Source of the DNA: Balanoglossus misakiensis
Lineage: Eukaryota; Animalia; Hemichordata
Length of the DNA stretch: 64,000 nt
Direction: 5' to 3'
Assembly (NCBI GenBank): GCA_040954595.2
Contig: CM082579.2
Location: 11,781,834-11,845,833, forward strand
Below are positions 1-11,256 of the stretch, in pieces. The translations under genes and the position numbers were made by a program. Under the pieces are notes generated by a model, which saw only the letters and a program-made list of their open reading frames with translations, was not told the DNA's origin and searched no databases. How positions within the stretch are numbered: position 1 is the stretch's first letter; every line of letters begins with the position of its first letter.

Positions 1-278
1 GACCACTTAACTGTCCCCTGTAAAATTGGTGATATCAGTGAGTAAATGATCTCTTGATTGTTCTTGCAGGGTGATGAACTTGTCACATTGTATGTGACGT
101 AGTCTGTAAGTATGCATGTATATATTGGGGGGGGGGGGCATGGAAAAAAACCAGGAAATTTAAGGGGGCCACTGATTTCGTCCACAATTTAGTAGGGGGG
201 AGGGGGGCATGGAAAAAAATCACCAGGAAAATTAGAAATCCTCCAGCCCCACCCTGGAAGTAAATTCTGGACAGTCCC
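1..278. mobile_element. Probable right end of a PIF/Harbinger-like MITE (left end outside window)
   Basis: Ends ...ctggacagtccc followed by tta, matching the CCC terminus and TWA target of Harbinger MITEs. The partner TIR is not visible. Confidence 0.3.
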
Positions 279-603
279 TTAGCTCACTCAATCGAACATC
301 GTTCATAACATGCCTCAATAAATAATGATCAGCGCAACATTGCTGTTCCTATACATGTACCTTCACTTCCTTCATTGAAAATGTTAAAATTCTTTATAGT
401 TTGTATTTGCCTGAAAATAATAAAAAATGTTGAGGTACTTGAACCATCGCGTATATGACGTAGTGCTGTAGATTGCTCAGAGTCTACGGGGCTCATGGAA
501 CGTGTAAGCTTATGTACTATGCGTTAGCCGTGCCTTGTGATCGGGTACGTTCAAATAACTCCAGTATACATTGTAAGGAAGATTCTGAAAAAGTGGCAGT
601 TAA

Positions 604-789
604 AGGTATACAGTCACCTATGGAAACATTAGCCATAGTTACCATGGCAAAGTGAGATCTAGCCAATCACAGATTTTCAGTGGGTGGCACACGCGAAAAA
701 AAGAGCGCCACCATATGTTCTTTAGAACGCTCAAATACGCCATTTCAGCCATATATGGGCGTCTGTAAATTGGAGGTGACTGTATACCT
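604..789. mobile_element. Small Kolobok-like MITE
   Basis: 16-bp perfect TIR aggtatacagtcacct / aggtgactgtatacct, flanked by ttaa and ttca (imperfect TTAA TSD). Confidence 0.6.
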
Positions 790-881
790 TTCATAACAGA
801 ATTTAAACATTTTTGGCTCCGAAGTGTAAACAGAGGAGTCTGTCAAGTTGGGTATGAGCTACTACTTCCGTCCGTCAACCC

Positions 882-1200
882 AGCCTACCAATCTAGCTAT
901 TATATTTTCCACTTTTTGTAAGTGAAGCCTGACTTTCACCTGTCTTAGGTCAACACTTCATAAGCGGTCTTACCCGTCATTGGCACAAACAGTCTCAGGA
1001 AGTAAGCTTTCAGCCTACCATTGTAGCTATTATATTTTCCACTTTTTGTAAGTGAAGCCTGACTGTCGCCTGTCTTAGGTCACCACTTCATAAGAGGTCT
1101 TACCTGTCATTGGCACAAACAGTCTCAGGAAGTAAGCTTTCAGCCTACCAATGTAGCTATTATATTTTCCACTTTTTGTAAGTGAAGCCTGACTGTCACC
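882..1200. repeat. ~130-bp tandem repeat, left part (split by the CR1 insertion)
   Basis: Unit cagcctacca...gtaagcttt starts at 882, 1011 and 1141. Confidence 0.9.
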
Positions 1201-1230
1201 GAAAGACCAAATGAGGACGTTACAGAGATA

Positions 1231-1632
1231 ATGGTGAAAGTTGCTGAGACGATAGGAGTGAACATAACTAAACATGACGTGGACATCTGCCACCGAATTC
1301 CTTCCCGATCAGCCGAAGGAAAAAAACTACCTCACCCGATAATCGTAAGATTTGTCAGAAGATCCACTAGAGATAATATTTACAGTACACGGAAAAACCT
1401 CAGAAACAAATCGACGTTTGATATGAACATTGACCAAGACAGGACAAGCAGAGTCTTCATCAACGAAAACTTAAGCCCGGTAAATAGACAACTGTTCTAT
1501 AAAGCCAACATGAAGAGGAAGGCGTTGCAGTGGAAATTCATATGGACAAACAACGGGAAGATTTTCATTAGGAAGGAACAAGGAGAAAGAGCCATCGCGA
1601 TCTCGTCGATGAGTGATATTGACCGCCTGTAA
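1231..1632 (+). CDS. LINE ORF1 protein, C-terminal part (RRM-like plus CTD)
   Basis: DICHR..PIIVRF..VFINENLSP..WKFIWTNNGKIFIRK, typical of CR1/L2-group ORF1. Confidence 0.85.
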   Translation: MVKVAETIGVNITKHDVDICHRIPSRSAEGKKLPHPIIVRFVRRSTRDNIYSTRKNLRNKSTFDMNIDQDRTSRVFINENLSPVNRQLFYKANMKRKALQWKFIWTNNGKIFIRKEQGERAIAISSMSDIDRL

Positions 1633-1667
1633 CTTCTCCTCAACAGAACTATCTACTAACAGTACTC

Positions 1668-4628
1668 ATGGAACCGGACACTGAAACTTTACAAACGCAC
1701 TATCAGTGCAACGAATATTCAGTAGACCAGTTACACCCAGGTAGTAATAATTCTCCCTTAAAAGCTAATCATTCTTCATTTTCTGTTCTCCATGTCAACG
1801 TGAGATCGATCCAAAAACACTTTGATGACATGGTTTCCTTTTTGAGTGTTTTACAGTACAACTTTCCCATTATAGCTTTGACTGAAACCTGGTTACATAA
1901 TGAATTGGATTGTTCTCTGTACAAATTACCATATTACACACTTATCACCTCCAATCGTAATTATTCCCAAGGTGGTGGAGCTGCTATGTACGTTCATGAT
2001 TCCGTCGCATATACACCTGTCACAGCGCTCGAAATTGCTCACTGTGAGTCGTTATTCATTGAGACGAGCTTGTTGAGAAGGAAACTGATAATTGGTGTTG
2101 TCTACAGGTAGCCTAATACCTCAACCCATGATTTTCTAGAGAGTTTTGAAAGGTGCCTTGACACCATTTCTTCTATGAACAGGCAGTGTATTATACTGGG
2201 CGATTTTAACATTGATCTAGGCTGCACCAACTCTATCAATGCTAGCTATCTTTCCCTTCTCAACAGCTATAATTTTGTACAGATGATTGACACGCCAACT
2301 CGTAAGACTCAAATTTCTAGCACTGTTATTGACCATATCATAACAAACATTAATGATTTCTTTATTGACTGTGGTAGTGTTTTAACTGATATAAGTGATC
2401 ATTTCCCAATATTTGCAACAATCAAGAATTTTGAACATGTTTTTGCCAACAATTCTTCGTACAGATGTGATTTTAGTAAGTACAATTGTCACTCTTTCCT
2501 TTCTGATCTGAGGAACGTCACCTGGCAGCCGGTTTACAACTGTACCGATCCGAATGATGCATACACTACATTTTATAACATATTTTGTGATATTAGCAAA
2601 CAGCATGTTCCTGTCAAAAAGTACAAATCAAACGGTAATCAACTCATTTGTAAACCATGGCTGTCCAGAGGCCTTCTGAGATCAATCAAAACAAAAAATA
2701 AGTTATTTTCTCGAATGAAAAAATCCAATCAGAATGTCTCCCTCAAGAATGAGTACAATCGGTATCGCAACATTCTGACAAGGTGTCTGAGATTAGCCAA
2801 AAAACAGTACTATGCCATGAAGTTTAAGTCTGTTGCAGGTAATCCTCGTAAAATCTGGAAAACTGTCAACGAAATTTTTAGTAGGAACAAAAACACACAT
2901 TCCTGCCCAAAACATATAAAAAAAGACAATAGCAACAGTACTTTGACAGATACTGTAGATATTGCTAACCATTTTAATGATTACTTCACTAATATTGGTC
3001 CCACCCTTGCTGAAAAAATAGCCCCCTCAAATGATTTTTGTAATTATCTCAAGGGCAATTACTCGTCGTCCTTCTTTTTTCGACCTGTTTTAGAAAGTGA
3101 TATCGAGAAAGAAATAACTAGCCTTGATCCCAACAAATCTATGGGCTATGACCACGTTCACCCCAGATTAATAATCGATGCTGCTAAGTACATCTCTGGT
3201 CCTTTGACTTATATCATTAATATTTCCCTTTCGAATGGTATTTTTCCTGATTCCCTTAAATTTGCAAAAATTACCCCTGTTTATAAGAAAGGTTCCTCTT
3301 CTGAGGTCAGCAACTATAGGCCCATTTCCATTCTACCAATCATAAGTAAAATTGTAGAATCTGTTGTAAAAAAACAACTCATCTCATTTCTCGACAAATT
3401 TAGCATTCTCTCTGACACTCAGTATGGGTTTCGAAAATTGTATAGTACAAAACTTGCATTAGCAGATATTACTTCAGATATTATAGACAATATGGACATG
3501 GGTTCTACTACACTAGGTATTTTTATTGACTTTAAGAAAGCCTTTGACACAATAGACCATAGCATTCTTCTGCAGAAACTCTCACACTATGGAATCAGAG
3601 GCCTTCCGCTTAATTGGTTTACAAGTTATCTTCATAATCGCCATCAGGTGGTTGCTATTGACAAGAGTATTTCAGATCCAAAGATTGTAAAATGTGGAAT
3701 ACCACAAGGTTCTATTCTTGGTCCACTTCTGTTCCTCATTTACATTAATGATATTGTTCTATCAACCAGCGCATTTGATTTTAAACTTTTCGCAGATGAT
3801 ACAAGTCTGTTTAAATGTACAAGCTGCAATGTCAACTTTAATCAAATCAACAGTGATTTCAAGTTGGTCAAAGATTGGTGTGATGCCAATAAATTGACCA
3901 TTAACGCTAGTAAAACTAACTATATGTTAATTAATTCCATTCATAAACCAACTCATGCTCAGGGTCAACTAGAAATTGACAGCTCTCTTGTTGAGAATGT
4001 CTCTTCCACTACTTACCTTGGTGTCATCATTGACTGCGCTCTGAGGTGGAAATCGCACATTGAGAAAGTCAGGAGCGCTATCAGCCCAATTGTTGGAGTT
4101 ATTTCAAAAATACGTCACTTTGTACCCAAGTCCACCTTGCTTTTACTTTACAACTCCTTAATTTTACCACACTTAATGTATTGTATTGAAATATGGGGAC
4201 ATGCATATCATTCAGCCCTACAACCACTTTTTCGTCTTCAGAAAAGATTGGTTCGTCTGATTACCTTTTCATGCTACTATGCTCATTCAGCCCCTCTGTT
4301 TTGGCAACTCAGCATATTGAATGTGTTTAATCTTTGTAAACTTCAGACTTGTATGTTCATTTATGACCTAGACCACCATCACTATGCTCACCACCTCGAT
4401 CAGTATTTCCAAGGTGTCTCTCCACATACATATCCAACATCATTTAATACGAACAGGAACTTAATAATCCCAAAGGTCAACTTGACTACTTCTCAGCAGA
4501 ATTTTAAGTATGCATCTGTAAAATGCTGGAACTCCATTCCACTCACTTTAAAAAATACACACTGCAGAAACAGATTTAAAAAAGAGCTCAAAAAACATCT
4601 GCTACAACTTGTTTTGCTTTCAATATAG
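1668..4628 (+). pseudogene. LINE ORF2 (AP endonuclease plus reverse transcriptase) with one in-frame stop at 2109-2111
   Basis: EN motifs HVNVRS, LTETW, GDFN, IDH, SDH; RT motifs YRPIS, QYGFR, DFKKAFD, PQGSILGP, FADD. ORFs 1668-2111 and 2175-4628 share a frame and are separated by one TAG. Confidence 0.9.
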
Positions 4629-4943
4629 TCAACCCATTATAATGTACTCCTTCGCAACAAATTAGTTGCCTTCAACTCACCTGTATTTATTTATTTATTT
4701 ATTTATTTTATTTATTTATTTATTGAACAGATCATTTATTTACATGTGCTGTACAACTGTTTGACATCTTTATAATTAATTAACTCAGAATATGGGCCAT
4801 GGACTAGACTAGTTTCCGCGAAACTATTTCCATGGTCCACACTGGAAATATGTAACATCTTCCTTTTACATTCAGTGTATTATATATATATTGACATATC
4901 TCTGGTGAAATAAATTCATTCATTCATTCATTCATTCATTCAT

Positions 4944-5179
4944 TCACCTGTCTTAGGTCACCACTTCATAAGCGGTCTTACCCGTCATTGGCACAAACAG
5001 TCTCAGGAAGTAAGCTTTCAGCCTACCAATGTAGCTATTATATTTTCCACTTTTTGTAAGTGAAGCCTGACTGTCGCCTGTCTTAGGTCACCACTTCATA
5101 AGCGGTCTTACACATCATTGGCCCAAACAGTCTCAGGAAGTAAGCTTTCAGCCTACCAATGTAGCTATTATATTTTCCA
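4944..5179. repeat. ~130-bp tandem repeat, right part
   Basis: Same unit as 882-1200, continuing from the CR1 insertion point. Confidence 0.9.
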
Positions 5180-5370
5180 CGACACCGACCCATCATTATA
5201 CCTTTCAACAAGCAAGAAGAGAAATGAACGTTACACAACAGCCAGAAATTATGGATTTAATGACAACAGCAGGATTTACATCAATGAAAACCTTCCACAA
5301 AGAAGAAAATCGTTCGGACGTCCCATGGCATTGCAGTGAAACTGGGACATAAAGGTCCAAACAATGAGGC
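5180..5370 (+). pseudogene. Degraded remnant of another LINE ORF1
   Basis: Translation SRIYINENLPQRRK resembles RVFINENLSPVNR of the ORF1 at 1231. Confidence 0.45.
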
Positions 5371-6297
5371 TGACCACATGGTTACGGCTGCAATTACGGC
5401 AACTGTGAAGTGTAGTGGAACTGCAGATGACTAACGTTGCCCAGGGCAACGGCGAACCAGGACCCTGGAGGGCGGAGCAGCGGGACCTGACTGACAGGAG
5501 CTGTACATAGCAGTTGTGAACATAGTATATGAAATAATTTAAAATAGTCATTGCTCTCTGGGTCCATCATTTTCAGTAGAAGTTACCTGATTTCACATCA
5601 ATAGTTTACCACCCGTCATTTCCAGCTAATTTCATGTAGTGCAAAACTCCTATACAACATAATGACATTTCTAGAACCTTTTTTTGCTGGTTGGGCCGAC
5701 AGACTAACACTCGTGGTTCTAAAAAGAAACTTCCATAACAACCTGTACACTTGACGCGTTCAGGTCAGGGCAGACCTAACCCATTCAAAATATGCAAATT
5801 AGGAAAAGACGCATACATGCGTTCTTTGCATCCCCAGAGACACACACAGGAAATCAAGCGAGTGCGGCCACTAGCTGGAAGAGCTGAATTCAATGCATTG
5901 CCTTGCGATGTTCATGATACAGGGGGGTGATGATCAATGAACAGAACAGCGGTCCACTTTCACGCCTTGTAGTGCACTGATCGTGGCAAGTTGATCATGG
6001 CAAAACAAATGACTATGTTAGATAGCAGTGCTTCACAAGTTTGGCTAATTTGTATGAAAATCGTCTCGCCAAACACAACCTTTTTCTCGCATTTGCGATT
6101 TGGCGGGCGGGTAGCGAAAACACTGCTGGCTAATCCGTGCCGATTTCTGTCACTGTTCCAATTCTTCCTCAACACCTCAAAGCTAAAATCTATGCCGTCT
6201 CTCTGCCTGTATGTTTCTACTACAAGCTCTAATAGAAACATGATTATGAAATAAGTTTGCAAGACTGTATGGAAGAATATCCTGAACTCAACATTAA

Positions 6298-6523
6298 AGT
6301 GAAGGGGTCGTCGCGCCGCGTTTGTTTATAAACATTACAATTCATCCACAACAAATTAGATCATTCTTAGAATGAACGAAGCAGCCAACTGTAGTGTAGA
6401 CTGGGCATGGCAGCAACTGAAGATCCTAGTAGGTCGTGGCGACTGCAGTGGGGTTTGCACTGGTATGGGAGGGCATATTCTCATCAAGGGGGAACACCCT
6501 CGCGGCGCGACGACCCCTTCCCT
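6298..6523. mobile_element. Putative MITE (Kolobok-like)
   Basis: 20-bp inverted repeat gaaggggtcgtcgcgccgcg (6301-6320) / cgcggcgcgacgaccccttc (6501-6520). ttaa precedes the left end; right TSD not seen. Confidence 0.45.
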
Positions 6524-6649
6524 ACTGTTGCTGAAAAATACGTGTATGTGAAAGTTGAAACAGTGATAGTTGCACATGAGGTATCTGATATGGCATTGAC
6601 ATAAACATAAAATAAAGTTTTGAATGTTCCTTGCAATCTGCAATTGCAT

Positions 6650-7430
6650 GAAAATATTCTCTGAACTGTTAATAAAGTATAATGTCTGCTCCTAATTCTG
6701 CAAAATATGTCATACTAAAATGTTATACCATTAGTGACACTATGACTAATAATGAAATGATATTCCTATCCCTATCTTTGTACTGGTACTAAGCTATAAG
6801 TAAAATGTAACACTTATCCCAAGCATAGTACTGGTATTATAACTGGTAGTCCAATGCCATGCCCATCCCCTTGCTGTGTTAATTGATAATAAAGTGTCAT
6901 ACCCTCCCCTTGTTCTGTACTGTTGCGGTTAATAAAATGTTATGACAATCCGTCATTGTACTACATGTAATACTTAACTGTAAGTACAATATCATGCACA
7001 TCCCTTGCTTTTTAGTAAAATGCCATGCCTTCCCCTAGTTCTGTACTATAACTGTTAGTCAAATGTCATGTCCAACACTCACTTTGTACTATATATTACC
7101 AATAATTAAAATGTCATGCCCTCCCTGCTTCTCTATAATTGTTAATAAAATGTTACTCCCACCTAAAGGGTTGTACTGGTACTTGAACTGTTAGTAAAAT
7201 ATCATGCCCATGTTCCTAGTTATGAACTGAAACGTTTAGGCTAATCAACTGTAATGCTCATGTACTTGGTTGAGTAAAATGTCTGCCAATGTCTTGCCTA
7301 GTTCTACAACTCATAATAAAATGCCATGCCCTCCCCTAGTTCCGTACTGTAGGGGTCAATAAAACGCATTATCTGGCCACCCCTGTTGATCGCATGCCAT
7401 GCCGAAACCTAGTTCTGTATTGTGACTTAG
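6650..7430. repeat. Degenerate ~45-bp minisatellite (taaaatgtcatgccc..cctagttctgtact..)
   Basis: Recurrent taaaatgYcatg / ttctgtact units. A second copy lies at ~9030-9558. Confidence 0.7.
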
Positions 7431-7438
7431 AGCTTAGA

Positions 7439-7529
7439 TAGTCTAGAATCTATCCGTTCGTAGTCGCATTCACCCTACTACTACTACTAGTAGGGTGAAT
7501 GCGACTACGAACGGATAGATTCTAGACTA
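7439..7529. mobile_element. 91-bp foldback MITE with TAG termini and 9-bp TSD (AcademH-type)
   Basis: 42-bp perfect TIR plus 7-bp spacer; TSD gagcttaga at 7430-7438 and 7530-7538. The empty site is present in the duplicate at 9540-9548. Confidence 0.9.
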
Positions 7530-7705
7530 GAGCTTAGATGGTCCTATAAAAAGCGTATAAAACTTGTGCACAGTCCAAATAGGCCGAAAATGTCATGGGT
7601 ACCGACTTATAATAAACTGTTATTTCATCCCAGCTATGCACTCAAAAAATGACGTGGCATTAACACTAGAGGACGTGTACTGATCTGAGTGAATCAGATC
7701 CCGTG

Positions 7706-8481
7706 GGCTAGTTATACTTTGCGAAACAACGAAACAGCGAAACGAAACAGCGAAACGACGAAACCATTATTAAAATAGGGGCCAGTCATCAAGACGGTGG
7801 CGTATGATTTTTTTTAAAGTTTCCAAATAAGTTCCTGGTGTGCGGCCTGGTACTAGTGGTTGCGCGCCAAAAAAGAATCCCGCCCCAAAAGGTCAATGTA
7901 CGAGTATATTCACAGGGCTAAGGATTAGTTGAAACAAAGCAGTAGTGTCCGTAAGCTTTCGAGGGTCAAACACTGATGGGGGGTAAGAGTAGTAGTTATA
8001 TATAGAAACACATGTAACTCACACAACACAGTATCATAGTCGAAATTTCTTTATTATCTTAATTGCAATTCATGCCTCCCCGCCTTGTGGTATTTAAGGA
8101 AATAGTGACAGTTGCTGCCGCATTTTGAGGTTTCGATCTTTTGTGGTTTCGTTGTGCGCGCGCGTATATTCACTGTGTATATGTAGCAGTTTGGCATGAA
8201 TCGTTTGCGCGCACACGACGTCGACTCTACCGTACCACTACATAGTACCAGGCCGCAGACCAGGAACTGGCGACCCGCCGTTTGTTTCCAACGCCAAATT
8301 TGATTCTAATGTTGAATTTCCGAGAAAACAATTTATCTGACCTGTAGTTTTCTTGGCTCGCTTACGTTTTAATTTGGAAACTTTTAAAAAAATCATACGC
8401 CACCGTCTTGATGACTGGCCCCTATTTTAATAATGGTTTCGTCGTTTCGCTGTTTCGTTGTTTCGCAAAGTATAACTAGCC
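7706..8481. mobile_element. Non-autonomous TIR transposon with 9-bp TSD (Mutator- or Merlin-like)
   Basis: ~110-120-bp TIRs starting ggctagttatactttgcgaaac; TSD gatcccgtg at 7697-7705 and 8482-8490. The empty site is at ~8939-8947. Confidence 0.85.
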
Positions 8482-8876
8482 GATCCCGTGAGGAGTACGG
8501 TGCCCAGAGTACACGTGTACTAGTAGAGAAATGCCAAGTGTTGCTACATCTTCGCGCTTCGCCCGCCATTGCTCTCCGGAAAATAGGAGTGTGGTCGAGC
8601 GAACACGTGCGAGCGGAAAGTCGTGTTGCGACCGACTATCACACCAAAACTCATTTACAGTAAATATAAAAACAGACTACGTCGGAGAAGTCTTTCAACG
8701 AGTCTTCGTTCTCGAGGAGCCATTTGTATGTGCATTTGCATACCAGAAGGCCACGCCTTCCAGCCTCGTTCGCGGGTGACTTGTTTGTAGTTGCCAAAGG
8801 CGAGTTAGTCATGTGCTTAGTTTGTTAGGTGTCAATGTAATCGTCCATGTTAACGTATTTGGTACAATTCGAGACA

Positions 8877-9558
8877 TATGCACTCAAAAATGATGTGGCA
8901 TTAAACACTAGAGGACGTGTACTGATCTGAGTGAATCAGATCCCGTGAGGAGTACGGTGCCCAGAGTACACGTGTCCTAGTAAAGAAATGCCAAATGTTG
9001 ATACATCTTCGCGCTTTGCCCGACAAGGTCGTCATGCCCATCCCCTTGCTGTGTTAATTGATAATAAAGTGTCATACCTTCCCCTTGTTCTGTACTGTTG
9101 CTGTTAATAAAATGTTATGACAATCCCTCATTGTACTACATGTAATACTTAACTGTAAGTACAATATCATGCACATCCCTTGCTTTTAGTAAAATGTCAT
9201 GCTGTCCCCTAGTTCTGTAATATAACTGTTAGTCAAATGTCATGTCCAACACTCACTTTGTACTACAAGTTACCCCAAGGGTTGTACTGGTACTTGAACT
9301 GTTAGTAAAATATCATGCCCATGTTCCTAGTTATGAACTGAAACGTTTAGGCTAATCAACTGTAATGCTCATGTACTTGGTTGAGTAAAATGTCTTCCAA
9401 TGTCTTGCCTAGTTCTACAACTCATAATAAAATGCCATGCTCTCCCCTAGTTCCGTACTGTAGGGGTCAATAAAACGCATTATCTGGCCATTCTGTTGAT
9501 CGTATGCCATGCCGAAACCTAGTTCTGTATTGTGACTTAGAGCTTAGATGGTCCTATA
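8877..9558. repeat. Local duplication of ~7635-8555 (without MITE) followed by a duplicate of ~6857-7548 (without MITE)
   Basis: Direct matches, e.g. tatgcactcaaaaa..tgacgtggc and catgcccatccccttgctgtg..atggtcctata. Confidence 0.85.
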
Positions 9559-10018
9559 CAGTCTGAAATTAGGGTATCGAATTTAAATATGTTAATGAGA
9601 TTTCCTTTCGAAATGTCACGCGATATTTTCACTGCACAGTGACCATGGTGACCGTTGGGCTGTTTTCAGCGATTTTTCTCGCAGCCGATTTAGAGACTTT
9701 CAGACATCGGAGAAGAAAGAAACCCAAACGAATGGTTTTTAATCGAGGTATGTATACGCGTATGTTTTTATAGACGGATTTTCGGCGATTTATAGACTAG
9801 CCCACTAGTCGCTTGGTGATTTTTAAATCTCAATACTTTTTGTGTTTTCGGTGGTTTTTTGTCTTAATAAATAATTTCAATACTTTTTGCGTGCATGCTT
9901 GCCTTTAGCGTGTTTTTGGTAGTGAGGCGAGTTTCGAATTTGCGACTGAGCTTGTGGTTTCGGGTAGCGTCGACACGTTCCCTACACATCCCATAGACTT
10001 GGAGCAAGTCTAGGCGAT

Positions 10019-10759
10019 TTATCATATGCCTATATTCACGTGCCCATGTAAAGTCTATGGGGAAAAGCGCCCTCACATCCGTGCAGTTTTTTTGCTTATC
10101 ACGCCCCGGCCCGGTGACCATATTTGGAAGACGCGTTCACTATCCGGATCTAGTTTTGTGTTTATTGCGCGAGATTCGAAAGTTGTCGTTGCTACGTTCG
10201 GAATTTAATTTTTCTGGTGCGGTGTCAGTGACTAGTGCACTTGCAGTGTGTGTACGTCCTATGCCGCTACCGAATCCCATCATCTCCCGTAATCGCTGCA
10301 TGTTGTAGAGCTTTATTTGGAAATATGAATAGTAAAATTGATGATTTGATCTGATTAATGTGTGACTGTCGGCGTCGATCGACGCGAAGAAAAAATAATG
10401 TTTTGCTCGCGCTCGGCTGTGTGAGTTTGAGCGCGTCTACATCTCACGTGCAATAGAATGTAAACAAATGACATCGTGCATATCAATCCGCAAGAACTGG
10501 AGGAATGCGGCTCTATGCTACGGGATTGATCACTTCAAAACGATAGATAAAAACGTAATATTTACATTCCAAAATATTACAGAATGTGTATTTTATTAGT
10601 TTCTTGTAGATTATCGTTCAATAAGGCATATGATAAAACCTTTACGGCCCTGATACGGGTTTTGCGGCCCTCGGTCGTACGGCGATTCGCGCCCTCCCTG
10701 CGGTCGGGCGCTTCCGCCGTACGACCTCGGGCCGCAAAACCCGTATCAGGGCCGTAAAG
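10019..10759 (+). mobile_element. Non-coding repeat copy 1 (Crypton- or Helentron-like non-autonomous), terminal hairpin hit by AcademH
   Basis: Near-identical inverted copy at 31128-31842; internal IR ttatcatatgcct / aggcatatgataa; ~120-bp hairpin at 10640-10759. Confidence 0.7.
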
Positions 10760-11256
10760 TTCCCTCTCCAGAGAGTGTCGTGGAGGGCTCCCTACTGTCC
10801 CCCACCAAGACCTCTCTCCAAATCCGTTTCAGCTAACCAATCATGTCGCTAGGACCTCATTCTTTTTAGGGGAAGCAAACTGATTGGCTAAGCGCATATA
10901 AGAACCATATTGCAATATGGCGGCGTACATGGAACTCGAGAAGGAAGAAACGTAACCTTAGATCGTATGTCGTACGGCAAGGTACCTTACTCTTATGAGG
11001 TAATTTTGGAAACAAAGCGCACTCCGTGGATTTACAAGAAGATGTAACCAAGACAAACGGCCGAGATAAGTACTTTTATATGCATGTTGTACATTTTTTG
11101 TGTCTTGTGTGTGCCGCACAGACGATAATAAAATGTATTGTTTTTGCGCCAAATTTGACAATGCAGACGACAAGTAATCACAAATTCGTCTGACATCTTT
11201 GAGAACTGTAATTTGAAAACCTGTCCGGCAATACTTTCTAATGTTCTACAATTATC

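Larger units (their letters stand above)
1201..4943 (+). mobile_element. CR1-group non-LTR retrotransposon, 5'-truncated within ORF1
   Basis: ORF1 C-terminus, APE-RT ORF2, 3' UTR and (CATT)n tail at 4914-4945. tcacc occurs at both junctions (1196-1200 and 4944-4948), and the satellite resumes in register. Confidence 0.92.

Noticed and set aside
882-5179. CRISPR-like array
   Set aside because: Units are contiguous and near-identical with no unique spacers; eukaryotic context with no cas genes.
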